From Candidatus Gorgyraea atricola (GTDB lineage Bacteria; Omnitrophota; Gorgyraeia; Gorgyraeales; Gorgyraeaceae): a DNA stretch of 64,000 nucleotides. Below are positions 39,558 through 47,989 of this stretch, piece after piece (within the stretch, counting starts at the first letter, position 1; every line of letters begins with the position of its first letter). The notes beneath the pieces are model-generated. The model did not search any database, had not been told where the DNA came from, and saw only the letters and a program-made list of their open reading frames with translations. The translations under genes were made by a program, and so were the position numbers. The DNA lies in the NCBI GenBank assembly GCA_030765235.1, contig JAVCCW010000029.1:311666-375665 (forward strand), in the 5' to 3' direction.

Positions 39558-40709
39558 ATGGGATTTGAATTAAGTGAGAGAGTAAAAAGGCTTCCGCCTT
39601 ATTTGTTTGTGGAGATCGATAAGGCGAAACGAAAAGCCAGGGCTGAAGGAAGAGACATAATAGATCTTGGGATCGGGGATCCTGATGAGGCCTCGCCAAA
39701 AGAGGTGGTGGATGTTTTCTGTAAAGCAGCAGGAGATCCAAAAAATCAACGCTATCCTTTGGATGAAGGGATACCAGCCCTAAGGAATAAAATAGCAGAG
39801 TGGTACAAGACCAGATTCAGCGTTACGCTGGATCCTGATAAAGAGGTGCTTGTTCTTATAGGCTCAAAAGAGGGAATAGCACATATGCCTTTGGCATTTA
39901 TTAATCCAGGAGATGTCTCGCTTGTGCCTGATCCTTGCTACCCTCCGTATAAAAGCGGGACTATTCTTGCCGGAGGAAAAGTGCATACAATGCCTCTTTT
40001 AGAGGAGAATAATTTTTTACCGGATTTAAAGCCTGTAAAAAAAGCAAAACTGCTCTATATAAATTATCCGAATAATCCTACGAGTGCTGTGTGTGACAAA
40101 AGATTTTTTGAAGACGCAGTGCTTTTCGCAAGAAAAAACAATGTTATTGTTGCGCATGACGCGGCATATTCTGAAATAGCATTTGATGGATATAGACCTG
40201 AGAGCTTCTTAAAAGTAGCTGGCGCAAAAGAACTGGGCGTTGAATTTCATTCTCTGTCCAAGACCTGTAATATGACTGGATGGCGCATTGGCTTTGTGTG
40301 CGGTAATGAGAAAATTATATCAGCCATAGCCAAAGTAAAATCCAACATCGACTCGGGCGCGTTCAATGCTATTCAAGTCGCTGGTATAACTGCTCTGGAT
40401 ATAGCAGAGAAACATACGCAGAGGATGAATAAGATCTATCAAGAGCGGCGTGACGTGCTTGTAGACGGCCTGAATAAAATTGGCTGGGCAACAAGAAAGC
40501 CAAAAGCAACTTTTTATGTCTGGACTCGGATCCCAAAGCAGTATAAATCATCTATTGAATTTGCCGAAATGGTACTTGAAAAAGCAAATATAGTTATTAC
40601 TCCAGGCATAGGCATGGGAGAAAGCGGCGAAGGATACGTGCGTATGGCGCTCACTGTTTCAAAGGAGCGGATGTTGGAGGCGGTGGAGAGGCTGAGGAAG
40701 ATACTTTAA
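39558..40709 (+). CDS. dapL: LL-diaminopimelate aminotransferase (class I PLP enzyme)
   Basis: LPPYLF, DLGIGDPD, GSKEG, NYPNNPT, SLSKT.NMTGWRIG; dap context with no dapD/dapE nearby. Confidence 0.85.
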   Translation: MGFELSERVKRLPPYLFVEIDKAKRKARAEGRDIIDLGIGDPDEASPKEVVDVFCKAAGDPKNQRYPLDEGIPALRNKIAEWYKTRFSVTLDPDKEVLVLIGSKEGIAHMPLAFINPGDVSLVPDPCYPPYKSGTILAGGKVHTMPLLEENNFLPDLKPVKKAKLLYINYPNNPTSAVCDKRFFEDAVLFARKNNVIVAHDAAYSEIAFDGYRPESFLKVAGAKELGVEFHSLSKTCNMTGWRIGFVCGNEKIISAIAKVKSNIDSGAFNAIQVAGITALDIAEKHTQRMNKIYQERRDVLVDGLNKIGWATRKPKATFYVWTRIPKQYKSSIEFAEMVLEKANIVITPGIGMGESGEGYVRMALTVSKERMLEAVERLRKIL

Positions 40710-40783
40710 AGTGACAAGGGACAAGAGACAAGAGACAAGGGAGTTAGATACTCCTTGTCCCATGTCCCTTGTTGCTTGTCCCT
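40709..40783. repeat. AGGGACA heptamer element with inverted TTGTCCC arm, copy upstream of folK
   Basis: Four heptamers, spacer, inverted arm; near-identical to 41194-41262. Confidence 0.92.
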
Positions 40784-40789
40784 GATATT

Positions 40790-41233
40790 ATGCATTGCTA
40801 CATAGGCATTGGCTCAAATCTAGGCAATAGACGCAAGAACATTGATGCTGCGATAGAGAGATTGCAGCAGGCAAAAGAGATCGAGGTCAAAAAAATCTCG
40901 AGTGTATACGAGACAGAGCCAGTGGGCGGGCCAAAACAGTCTGATTATCTGAACGCTGCCATAGAAATCAACACAACATTTGGACCAAGAGAGCTTCTTG
41001 CAGCTTTACGCGAGATAGAAGATCATCTTGACAGAGAAAGATCAGTCAAGGATGGACCGCGTACCATTGATCTAGACATATTGACTTACGGTGATGAAAA
41101 AATAGATGAACCAGATCTAAAGATCCCACATCCAAGAATGAATGAACGAGAGTTTGTGCAGAAGCCTTTGAGGGATATCCAGGGAGGGACAAGAAGTGAC
41201 AAGGGACAAGAGACAAGGGACAAGGGGGTTTAG
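40790..41233 (+). CDS. folK: 2-amino-4-hydroxy-6-hydroxymethyldihydropteridine diphosphokinase
   Basis: YIGIGSNLG, YETEP, GPRTIDLDIL, IPHP, REFV; C-terminal tail encoded by the repeat. Confidence 0.95.
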   Translation: MHCYIGIGSNLGNRRKNIDAAIERLQQAKEIEVKKISSVYETEPVGGPKQSDYLNAAIEINTTFGPRELLAALREIEDHLDRERSVKDGPRTIDLDILTYGDEKIDEPDLKIPHPRMNEREFVQKPLRDIQGGTRSDKGQETRDKGV

Positions 41234-41262
41234 ATGCTCCTTGTCCCATGTCCCTTGTTGCT
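41194..41262. repeat. AGGGACA heptamer element, copy at the folK 3' end
   Basis: Direct repeat of 40709-40776 with 3 substitutions and 1 indel. Confidence 0.92.
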
Positions 41263-41267
41263 AAAGT

Positions 41268-42098
41268 ATGAAAATATACAGAAGCATCAAGCCATTGATT
41301 AATCTGAAAGGGAAAAAGGGAACCATTGGCCTTGTTCCTACCATGGGTTTTCTGCACGGGGGCCATTTGAGCCTGATAAGAAGGGCGAGAAAAGATACAG
41401 ATCGTGTTGTCGTGAGTATTTTTGTAAATCCTACTCAATTCGGTCCAAAAGAGGACCTTAAGAAGTACCCAAGAGACTTGAATCGTGATCTAAGACTTTG
41501 CAGAAAAGAAGGCGTTGACATTGTATTTATCCCTACAGCCAGGACCATTTATGCAAATGGATTTTCAACATATGTAAATGTCGGAAATATTGCAGGAACT
41601 CTTTGTGGCGCCTCAAGACCAGGCCATTTTAAGGGCGTTGCAACAGTTGTGGCTAAACTTTTTAATATTGTACAGCCAGACATAGCATACTTTGGCCAAA
41701 AAGACGCGCAGCAGGCCATTGTGATAAAGAAAATGGTAGAAGATCTAAATATACCGATAAAGATAAAGGTCATGCCTATAGTGCGAGAGAAAGACGGCCT
41801 TGCAATGAGCTCGCGAAATCTCTATTTATCTCCCCAGGAACGCCGAGAAGCCCTCTCATTATATAAATCCTTAAAATTAGCAAAGACTCTTTACAGAAAA
41901 GGCGAAAGGGATTCGAGAAACATAATCAAAATGATACAGAAGGAAATCCTTAAAGAGTCTAATGCGAAGATAGACTATGTCTCTATAGTAGATACAAAGA
42001 ATCTTAAACCATTGGATAGAATTTCTAATAAGGCCTTAGTTGCTGTTGCAGCTAAAATTGGCAAGACAAGACTGATCGACAATGCCATTTTAAATTAA
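41268..42098 (+). CDS. panC: Pantoate--beta-alanine ligase
   Basis: VPTMGFLHGGH, SIFVNPTQF, RPGHF, FGQKD, GLAMSSRN, RLIDN. Confidence 0.97.
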   Translation: MKIYRSIKPLINLKGKKGTIGLVPTMGFLHGGHLSLIRRARKDTDRVVVSIFVNPTQFGPKEDLKKYPRDLNRDLRLCRKEGVDIVFIPTARTIYANGFSTYVNVGNIAGTLCGASRPGHFKGVATVVAKLFNIVQPDIAYFGQKDAQQAIVIKKMVEDLNIPIKIKVMPIVREKDGLAMSSRNLYLSPQERREALSLYKSLKLAKTLYRKGERDSRNIIKMIQKEILKESNAKIDYVSIVDTKNLKPLDRISNKALVAVAAKIGKTRLIDNAILN

Positions 42099-42112
42099 AG
42101 GGGGCAGGGATA

Positions 42113-42469
42113 ATGTTTCGTACAATATTAAAATCAAAGATACATGGCGCAAGGGTCACAGAGGCAAATGTTGACTATGCGGGCAGCATTACGATAGACA
42201 CAGGGCTTTTAGAGGCCGTTGATGTTATAGCCAATGAAAAGGTACAGATCGTCAATCTAAACAACGGCATGAGAATGGAGACCTATGTCATACCAGGAGA
42301 AAAAGGTTCGGGTATAATCGGGATGAATGGCGGAGTTGCCATGCACGCCAAAATAGGAGACAAGCTTCTTATAATGTCATATATACAGATCGAGACAAAG
42401 GACGCGATTTCCTATAGACCAAAGATCATTTTCACCGATGATAAAAACAAAATAACAGGTAAAAAATGA
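42113..42469 (+). CDS. panD: Aspartate 1-decarboxylase
   Basis: KSKIH, Y.GSITID self-cleavage site, NG.R.ETY. Confidence 0.95.
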   Translation: MFRTILKSKIHGARVTEANVDYAGSITIDTGLLEAVDVIANEKVQIVNLNNGMRMETYVIPGEKGSGIIGMNGGVAMHAKIGDKLLIMSYIQIETKDAISYRPKIIFTDDKNKITGKK

Positions 42470-43428
42470 TGGACGAGATCAAATACAAGGAAAATCTAAA
42501 GAAAAAGATACGTAAGCTTAAGAAAGAGAAGCATGCTGTAATAATCGTGCATAATTACCAGCGGGACGAGATCCAGGATATCGCAGACATAAGCGGTGAT
42601 TCGCTTGGCTTGAGCCAGGCAGCAGTACGGGCAGATGCCAAGGTGATCGTATTTTGCGGCGTGGATTTTATGGCAGAAAGCGCATCAATACTGAATCCTG
42701 ACAAGATCGTACTTTTGCCAGTAAAAGAGGCAGGCTGTCCAATGGCAGATATGGTCACTGTAGAGAGGCTCAGGGAAAAGAAAAAGGAATATCCTAACGC
42801 TGCTACTGTATGCTATGTAAATACCTCTGCGGAAATCAAGGCAGAGAGTGATATATGCTGTACATCCTCAAATGCCATTCAAGTCGTAAATTCCCTTAAA
42901 GATCATAAAGAGATCATATTTATCCCTGATAAGAATTTAGGCAGATATGTTCAGGCCAATGTGCCTGATAAAAAGATCATTCTGTGGGAGGGTTTTTGCC
43001 CTACTCATATACGCGTTTCAAAGGAAGAGGTCTTAAGGTCAAAGAAAGAGCATCCAGAGGCAGTGGTGCTGGCCCATCCAGAATGCAATCCAGATGTACT
43101 TTCTGTCAGCGACCATATCTGCTCGACAGGCGGTATGTTTAAATTTGTGGAAAAGTCCAAGGATAAATCTTTTATTATAGTTACAGAGACAGGTATGCTC
43201 TATGGACTAAATAAGAAAAACCCTGACAAGAATTTTTACGTGCCTACAGAGAGGCTCGTATGCCCGACAATGAAACTTACGACATTGGGATGGGTTGCGC
43301 ATTCTCTCGAGACAATGGAACACCAGATCAAGATCACAGGAGAGATAAGAGAAAAGTCATACAAATCTTTGATGCGCATGCTTAAAGTCTCTGGCGAGAA
43401 ATCAGGGGCAGCAATATCAGGTGTCTAG
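42466..43428 (+). CDS. nadA: Quinolinate synthase
   Basis: HNYQ, CGVDFMAE, AGCPMA, YVNTS, HPEC, CPTMK. Confidence 0.96.
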   Translation: MMDEIKYKENLKKKIRKLKKEKHAVIIVHNYQRDEIQDIADISGDSLGLSQAAVRADAKVIVFCGVDFMAESASILNPDKIVLLPVKEAGCPMADMVTVERLREKKKEYPNAATVCYVNTSAEIKAESDICCTSSNAIQVVNSLKDHKEIIFIPDKNLGRYVQANVPDKKIILWEGFCPTHIRVSKEEVLRSKKEHPEAVVLAHPECNPDVLSVSDHICSTGGMFKFVEKSKDKSFIIVTETGMLYGLNKKNPDKNFYVPTERLVCPTMKLTTLGWVAHSLETMEHQIKITGEIREKSYKSLMRMLKVSGEKSGAAISGV

Positions 43429-43429
43429 T

Positions 43430-44194
43430 ATGAAAAAAATAGGAATAATCGGCTGTGGCGCAATAGGAACAGGCATTGCAGAGTTTATCCAGCAAAACCT
43501 TAGAAAAAAGGCAAAGATCGTGGCGCTTTGCGATCTAGACATCAAGAAAGCGCGATCCCTCTCCAAAAAGATAAAACCTTGTCCACAAGTCATCAATATC
43601 GATCGTCTAATAAAAAAATGTGATCTGATAATAGAAGCAGCCAGCCCCAAGATATCAGGAAAGATAGCGCAAAAGGCAGTCTTACACAAAAAAGAGGTCC
43701 TTATAATGAGTACAGGGGGGCTTTTGAAATTCAAAGACATAAAGTCAGTGCATATCCCCAGTGGCGCTGTTTGTGGCATAGATGGAATCCGGGCTGCAGC
43801 TATTGGAAAGATCAAAAGAGTAACATTGACCACTAGAAAACCTCCAAGAGGACTAAGAGGCGCGCCGTATTTGGAAAAAAGAAAGATAGATATAGATAAG
43901 ATCAAGAAAGAGACTGTAATATATGATGGGACTGCAACAGATGCTGTAAAACATTTCCCAAAGAACATCAATGTGGCAGCGACGCTGAGCCTTTCAGGAA
44001 TAGGGCCTGATCGCACAAAGGTACGAATAGTTACATCCCCAAAATATAAGACAAATTCGCACGAGGTCGAAGTCGAGGGTGAGTTTGGGAGACTTTTTAC
44101 AAAGACCGAGAATGTGCCCTCTAAACAAAACCCAAAAACGAGTCAACTTGCCATATTTTCAGCGCTTGCGAAGTTAAAAGAGGTAATATCATGA
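43430..44194 (+). CDS. nadX: L-aspartate dehydrogenase
   Basis: [37 protein letters not shown]; adjacent to nadA. Confidence 0.9.
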   Translation: MKKIGIIGCGAIGTGIAEFIQQNLRKKAKIVALCDLDIKKARSLSKKIKPCPQVINIDRLIKKCDLIIEAASPKISGKIAQKAVLHKKEVLIMSTGGLLKFKDIKSVHIPSGAVCGIDGIRAAAIGKIKRVTLTTRKPPRGLRGAPYLEKRKIDIDKIKKETVIYDGTATDAVKHFPKNINVAATLSLSGIGPDRTKVRIVTSPKYKTNSHEVEVEGEFGRLFTKTENVPSKQNPKTSQLAIFSALAKLKEVIS

Positions 44195-44334
44195 AGGATA
44201 AGTGCAAGAATTTCGATAAAAACATGAAGGATTGTCCGTGTACGTATGAGCCGTGCTCGAGAAAAGGTTTTTGCTGCGAATGCCTGCAGTATCATCTGAA
44301 GAACGGCGGGCTACCGGCATGCATTAATAAATAA
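44191..44334 (+). CDS. 47-aa Cys-rich protein (DUF6485-like), not in the ORF track
   Basis: [47 protein letters not shown]; ATGA overlap with nadX; RBS GAGG. Confidence 0.8.
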   Translation: MKDKCKNFDKNMKDCPCTYEPCSRKGFCCECLQYHLKNGGLPACINK

Positions 44335-44365
44335 CAAAAATAAAATAGAGGGGAGGTGAGACAGA

Positions 44366-44494
44366 ATGGCAGAAAAAGTCCTGAAATGCGGCGTAAAGAA
44401 GGCAAAGGGATATCTTTATTTCATCGATAAGAAGGGAGATATTTCCAGAGCAAAGATGGCACGCGGTGGAAAGAAAAAGAAGAAGAGAAGATAA
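44366..44494 (+). CDS. 42-aa very basic small protein, not in the ORF track
   Basis: MAEKVLKCGVKKAKGYLYFIDKKGDISRAKMARGGKKKKKRR*; strong RBS GGAGGTGA. Confidence 0.8.
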   Translation: MAEKVLKCGVKKAKGYLYFIDKKGDISRAKMARGGKKKKKRR

Positions 44495-44506
44495 GAAAGC
44501 AACAAT

Positions 44507-44578
44507 CCCCTCGGGGGAGGGGACAGCGACCATTTTTTCTAGATAAAAAATGGTCGCTGTCCCCCTTTCCCCGAGGGG
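44507..44578. repeat. GGGGACAGCGACC...GGTCGCTGTCCCC palindrome inside a CCCCTCGGGG...CCCCGAGGGG hairpin
   Basis: 19-bp inner stem plus 10-bp outer stem. Confidence 0.85.
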
Positions 44579-44588
44579 CATCTTTAAT

Positions 44589-44678
44589 ATGCGAGCAATA
44601 GTAATAATCCTGGCATTTGTACTCCTTTTTATATTCCAGATAAATACTGTAGTAAGCGTAGATTTATGGCGGATCCTA
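44589..44678 (+). pseudogene. Possible N-terminal remnant of a membrane protein gene
   Basis: MRAIVIILAFVLLFIFQINTVVSVDLWRIL; coding-like sequence ends at a 25-bp copy of 24313-24337. Confidence 0.45.
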
Positions 44679-44709
44679 AGGTCTTGCTTTAAATGTAAAG
44701 TTAAGGGTT

Positions 44710-47496
44710 ATGGGCGAGAAGTGTATTCGGATAGTTGGGGCAAAGGAACATAATCTTAAGAATATTAGTCTGGATATTCCGCGGAACAGGCTTACTGTGA
44801 TTACTGGCTTGAGCGGTTCAGGTAAGTCCTCGCTTGCATTTGATACGATATATGCAGAAGGTCAGCGCAGGTATGTGGAGAGTCTTTCTGCTTACGCGCG
44901 TCAGTTTTTAGAGCAGCTCGAGAAGCCTGATGTAGAGCATATCGAGGGCATGTCTCCTGCGATCTCGATCGAGCAGCGCAGCGCTGGCAGCAATCCCCGC
45001 TCTACAGTAGGCACCACGACTGAGCTTTATGATTATCTGCGCCTGCTTTTCAGCCGCATTGGCACGCCTTACTGTTATAAATGTGGTAAAAAAATAATCC
45101 AGCAGAGTCAGGACGAGATAATAGACAGGATATTGAAATATCCTAAAGGTACGGCGCTTTTGATATTGGCGCCTGTAATAAGAGGCAGAAAAGGTGAATA
45201 TTATAATCTCTTTAAGGAATTAAAAAAGCAGGGGTTTGTCAGAGTGAGGGTAGATGGAGATATAAAATCCCTGGATGATAAAATAAAATTAGATAAGAAG
45301 AAAAAACATAATATAGAGGTCGTGATCGATAGGCTCGTGATGGATAAGGATATCAGAAACAGACTTTCTGATTCTGTAGAGATCGCATTAAAGGCTGGTA
45401 AGGGGCTTTTATTGGTCTCAAAGGTCGAGACTAAAGAAGAAATTTTATTCAGCGCGCTGTACTCCTGTCCTAATTGTGGTATAAGCTATGAGGAGATCGA
45501 ACCAAGGATATTTTCTTTTAATAGTCCTTATGGCGCGTGCAAGGCATGCGCTGGGCTTGGCACAAAGATGGAGATAGACGCGGATTTAGTAATACCTGAT
45601 AAGTCAAAGTCATTAAGAGAGGCAATAAAACCATGGCGCGTGGGCGGTAAAAGAATAGTCCTTCACTATAGAAGGTTATTAAGAAGAATGGGCGCTGAGT
45701 ATGGTTTTGATATAGACACGCCTTTTAACAAGATCCCCGGAGAAGTCAGGGATATTATCCTCCATGGTACAAAAGGAAGTAACTGGGGGAGATTCGAGGG
45801 TGTGATACCAAATCTCTTGAGGCGTCTCAAGGTGACAGACAGTGAATTCATGCGGCAGGAGATCAATAAGTATACCAATGAAAGCGAATGCCCGGACTGC
45901 AAAGGAAAACGGCTAAGACATGAGAGTCTCTCAATAAAGATAAATGAAAAATCCATAAGCGATATAACAAAACTTTCAATAAAAGACGCGAAAGAATTTT
46001 TCTTAGAATTAAGGCTTTCAACAAAACAAGAAAAGATAGCGCATCAGATCTTAAAAGAGATAAGGGAGCGCCTGGGGTTTATGGCCAATGTAGGCCTGGA
46101 GTACCTTACAGTAGACAGGCGTAGCTCTACGCTTTCAGGTGGAGAGGCGCAGAGGATAAGGCTTGCCACGCAGATAGGCGCAGGCCTTGTTGGTGTGGTC
46201 TATATCCTGGATGAACCAAGCATTGGACTACATCAGAAGGACAATTCGAAATTACTTGATACCTTAAAGGCGTTAAGGGATTTAGGAAATACTTTAATAG
46301 TTGTTGAGCATGATGAGGCTACGATAAGGAATGCCGATCATATTATTGATCTTGGGCCAGGCGCAGGAAGGCATGGGGGCCATATTGTAGCGCAGGGCAA
46401 GATCGAAGATATTTTAAACTCTAAAGAATCTCTTACAGGAAAGTATCTGCGCGGTAAATTAAAGATAAAGGCGCCAAAGAAAAGAAGAAAAGAGAATAAA
46501 GATAAGCAGCTTATCATACGAGGCGCAAGAGAGCATAATCTGAAAAACATAGATGTAAAGATTCCGCTTGGCCTTTTTGTCTGTGTCACAGGTGTTTCAG
46601 GTTCAGGTAAGAGTACGCTCGTTGACGATATACTTTACAGGGCCTTGGCAAAACATGTTTATGGATCCAGACAGAAACCTGGTTTGCATGAAAAGATAGA
46701 GGGCTTGAAGAATATAGACAAGGTCGTGGTTGTGGATCAGAGTCCTATCGGCAGAACTCCACGTTCTAATCCTGCTACGTACACAGGTGTTTTTTCTTTT
46801 ATCAGGAATCTTTATTCAAGGCTGCCAGAGTCTCGCATGAGAGGCTATGGTCCTGGTAGATTTAGTTTTAATGTAAAAGGCGGTCGCTGCGAGGCGTGCC
46901 AGGGCGATGGCATTAAGAAGATAGAGATGCATTTTTTGCCAGATGTCTATGTCAAGTGTGAGATCTGTGATGGCAGACGGTATAATCACGAGACACTGCA
47001 GGTTTTATATAAGGGAAAATCCATAGCAGATGTTTTAGAGATGACAGTAGAGGAGGCACTTGAACTTTTTAAGAATATCCCCCATGTCTACCAGAAGTTG
47101 AAAATACTCAATGAAGTCGGACTTGGCTACATTGAACTCGGCCAATTCGCAACTACGCTTTCAGGTGGCGAGGCGCAGCGCGTGAAACTCACAACAGAGC
47201 TTTCAAAGATCGGCACAGGCAAGACACTCTATATTCTTGACGAACCTACAACAGGCCTTCACTTTGCTGACATTGACAAGCTCCTAAATGTCCTCCATGC
47301 ATTAGTAGAAGCAAAGAACACCGTCCTTGTCATAGAACACAACTTAGACGTAATAAAATCCGCAGACCACATAATAGATCTAGGCCCAGGCGGCGGCGAC
47401 TCCGGCGGCCAAATAGTAGCCACTGGCCCCCCAGAAAAAATAGCCAAAACCCCATCCTCATACACAGGCGAATACTTAAAAACCCGTCTCTCGTAA
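44710..47496 (+). CDS. uvrA: Excinuclease ABC subunit A
   Basis: Two ABC cassettes ([24 protein letters not shown] twice), CxxC zinc fingers, [11 protein letters not shown]. Confidence 0.98.
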   Translation: MGEKCIRIVGAKEHNLKNISLDIPRNRLTVITGLSGSGKSSLAFDTIYAEGQRRYVESLSAYARQFLEQLEKPDVEHIEGMSPAISIEQRSAGSNPRSTVGTTTELYDYLRLLFSRIGTPYCYKCGKKIIQQSQDEIIDRILKYPKGTALLILAPVIRGRKGEYYNLFKELKKQGFVRVRVDGDIKSLDDKIKLDKKKKHNIEVVIDRLVMDKDIRNRLSDSVEIALKAGKGLLLVSKVETKEEILFSALYSCPNCGISYEEIEPRIFSFNSPYGACKACAGLGTKMEIDADLVIPDKSKSLREAIKPWRVGGKRIVLHYRRLLRRMGAEYGFDIDTPFNKIPGEVRDIILHGTKGSNWGRFEGVIPNLLRRLKVTDSEFMRQEINKYTNESECPDCKGKRLRHESLSIKINEKSISDITKLSIKDAKEFFLELRLSTKQEKIAHQILKEIRERLGFMANVGLEYLTVDRRSSTLSGGEAQRIRLATQIGAGLVGVVYILDEPSIGLHQKDNSKLLDTLKALRDLGNTLIVVEHDEATIRNADHIIDLGPGAGRHGGHIVAQGKIEDILNSKESLTGKYLRGKLKIKAPKKRRKENKDKQLIIRGAREHNLKNIDVKIPLGLFVCVTGVSGSGKSTLVDDILYRALAKHVYGSRQKPGLHEKIEGLKNIDKVVVVDQSPIGRTPRSNPATYTGVFSFIRNLYSRLPESRMRGYGPGRFSFNVKGGRCEACQGDGIKKIEMHFLPDVYVKCEICDGRRYNHETLQVLYKGKSIADVLEMTVEEALELFKNIPHVYQKLKILNEVGLGYIELGQFATTLSGGEAQRVKLTTELSKIGTGKTLYILDEPTTGLHFADIDKLLNVLHALVEAKNTVLVIEHNLDVIKSADHIIDLGPGGGDSGGQIVATGPPEKIAKTPSSYTGEYLKTRLS

Positions 47497-47499
47497 AAA

Positions 47500-47864
47500 T
47501 GTAACCCAAAAGCAGGCCTGCCTGCCCCGTACCAAATCGACCTGCCCCGTATCTTGCCGAAGGCAATGGTATGGGGAGATTTTGGTATGGGGGTCGCTCA
47601 GGGGAAAATTTCCCCATCCAGTATTGTGTGGCACGGGGTGTCCTGTGAGTGGGCCCCTCCGCCCGGTGTGGATCCTCCCACTCACAGGACACCCCGCGCC
47701 ACACTTATCCCATAAAAGGCTAAATTTTCAATTCGCCTGCCCCGTTCCAAATTCTTAAATATCAGCAAACAATCTATTAGAATTGTACGCGATTAGTTAC
47801 AAATAATAAATAGCTTATCTATCAGAATTTGGAACGGGGCTCCCAGGCCTCCTTTTGGGTTACA
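47500..47864. mobile_element. 365-bp composite MITE-like element with 21-bp TGT...ACA terminal inverted repeats and nested repeats
   Basis: TGTAACCCAAAAGCAGGCCTG (47500-47520) / CAGGCCTCCTTTTGGGTTACA (47844-47864), 20/21 match; inner 28-bp stem 47626-47704; nested units at 47521-47592 and 47736-47840. Confidence 0.82.
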
Positions 47865-47933
47865 CTGTCATAGAAATATCTTCAAATATCAGCTCTTTTA
47901 TGGTATAATAAAAACAAATTGAGGAGAGGTTGT

Positions 47934-47974
47934 TTCTGCGAAGCCAAGCATGAAAATAGCTTGGCGAAGCAGAA
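47934..47974. repeat. Small hairpin TTCTGC-GAA-GCCAAGC...GCTTGGC-GAA-GCAGAA
   Basis: Two stems separated by a symmetric GAA/GAA internal loop, in the leader of the third LRP gene. Confidence 0.6.
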
Positions 47975-47989
47975 TTTTTTGGGTGGATT

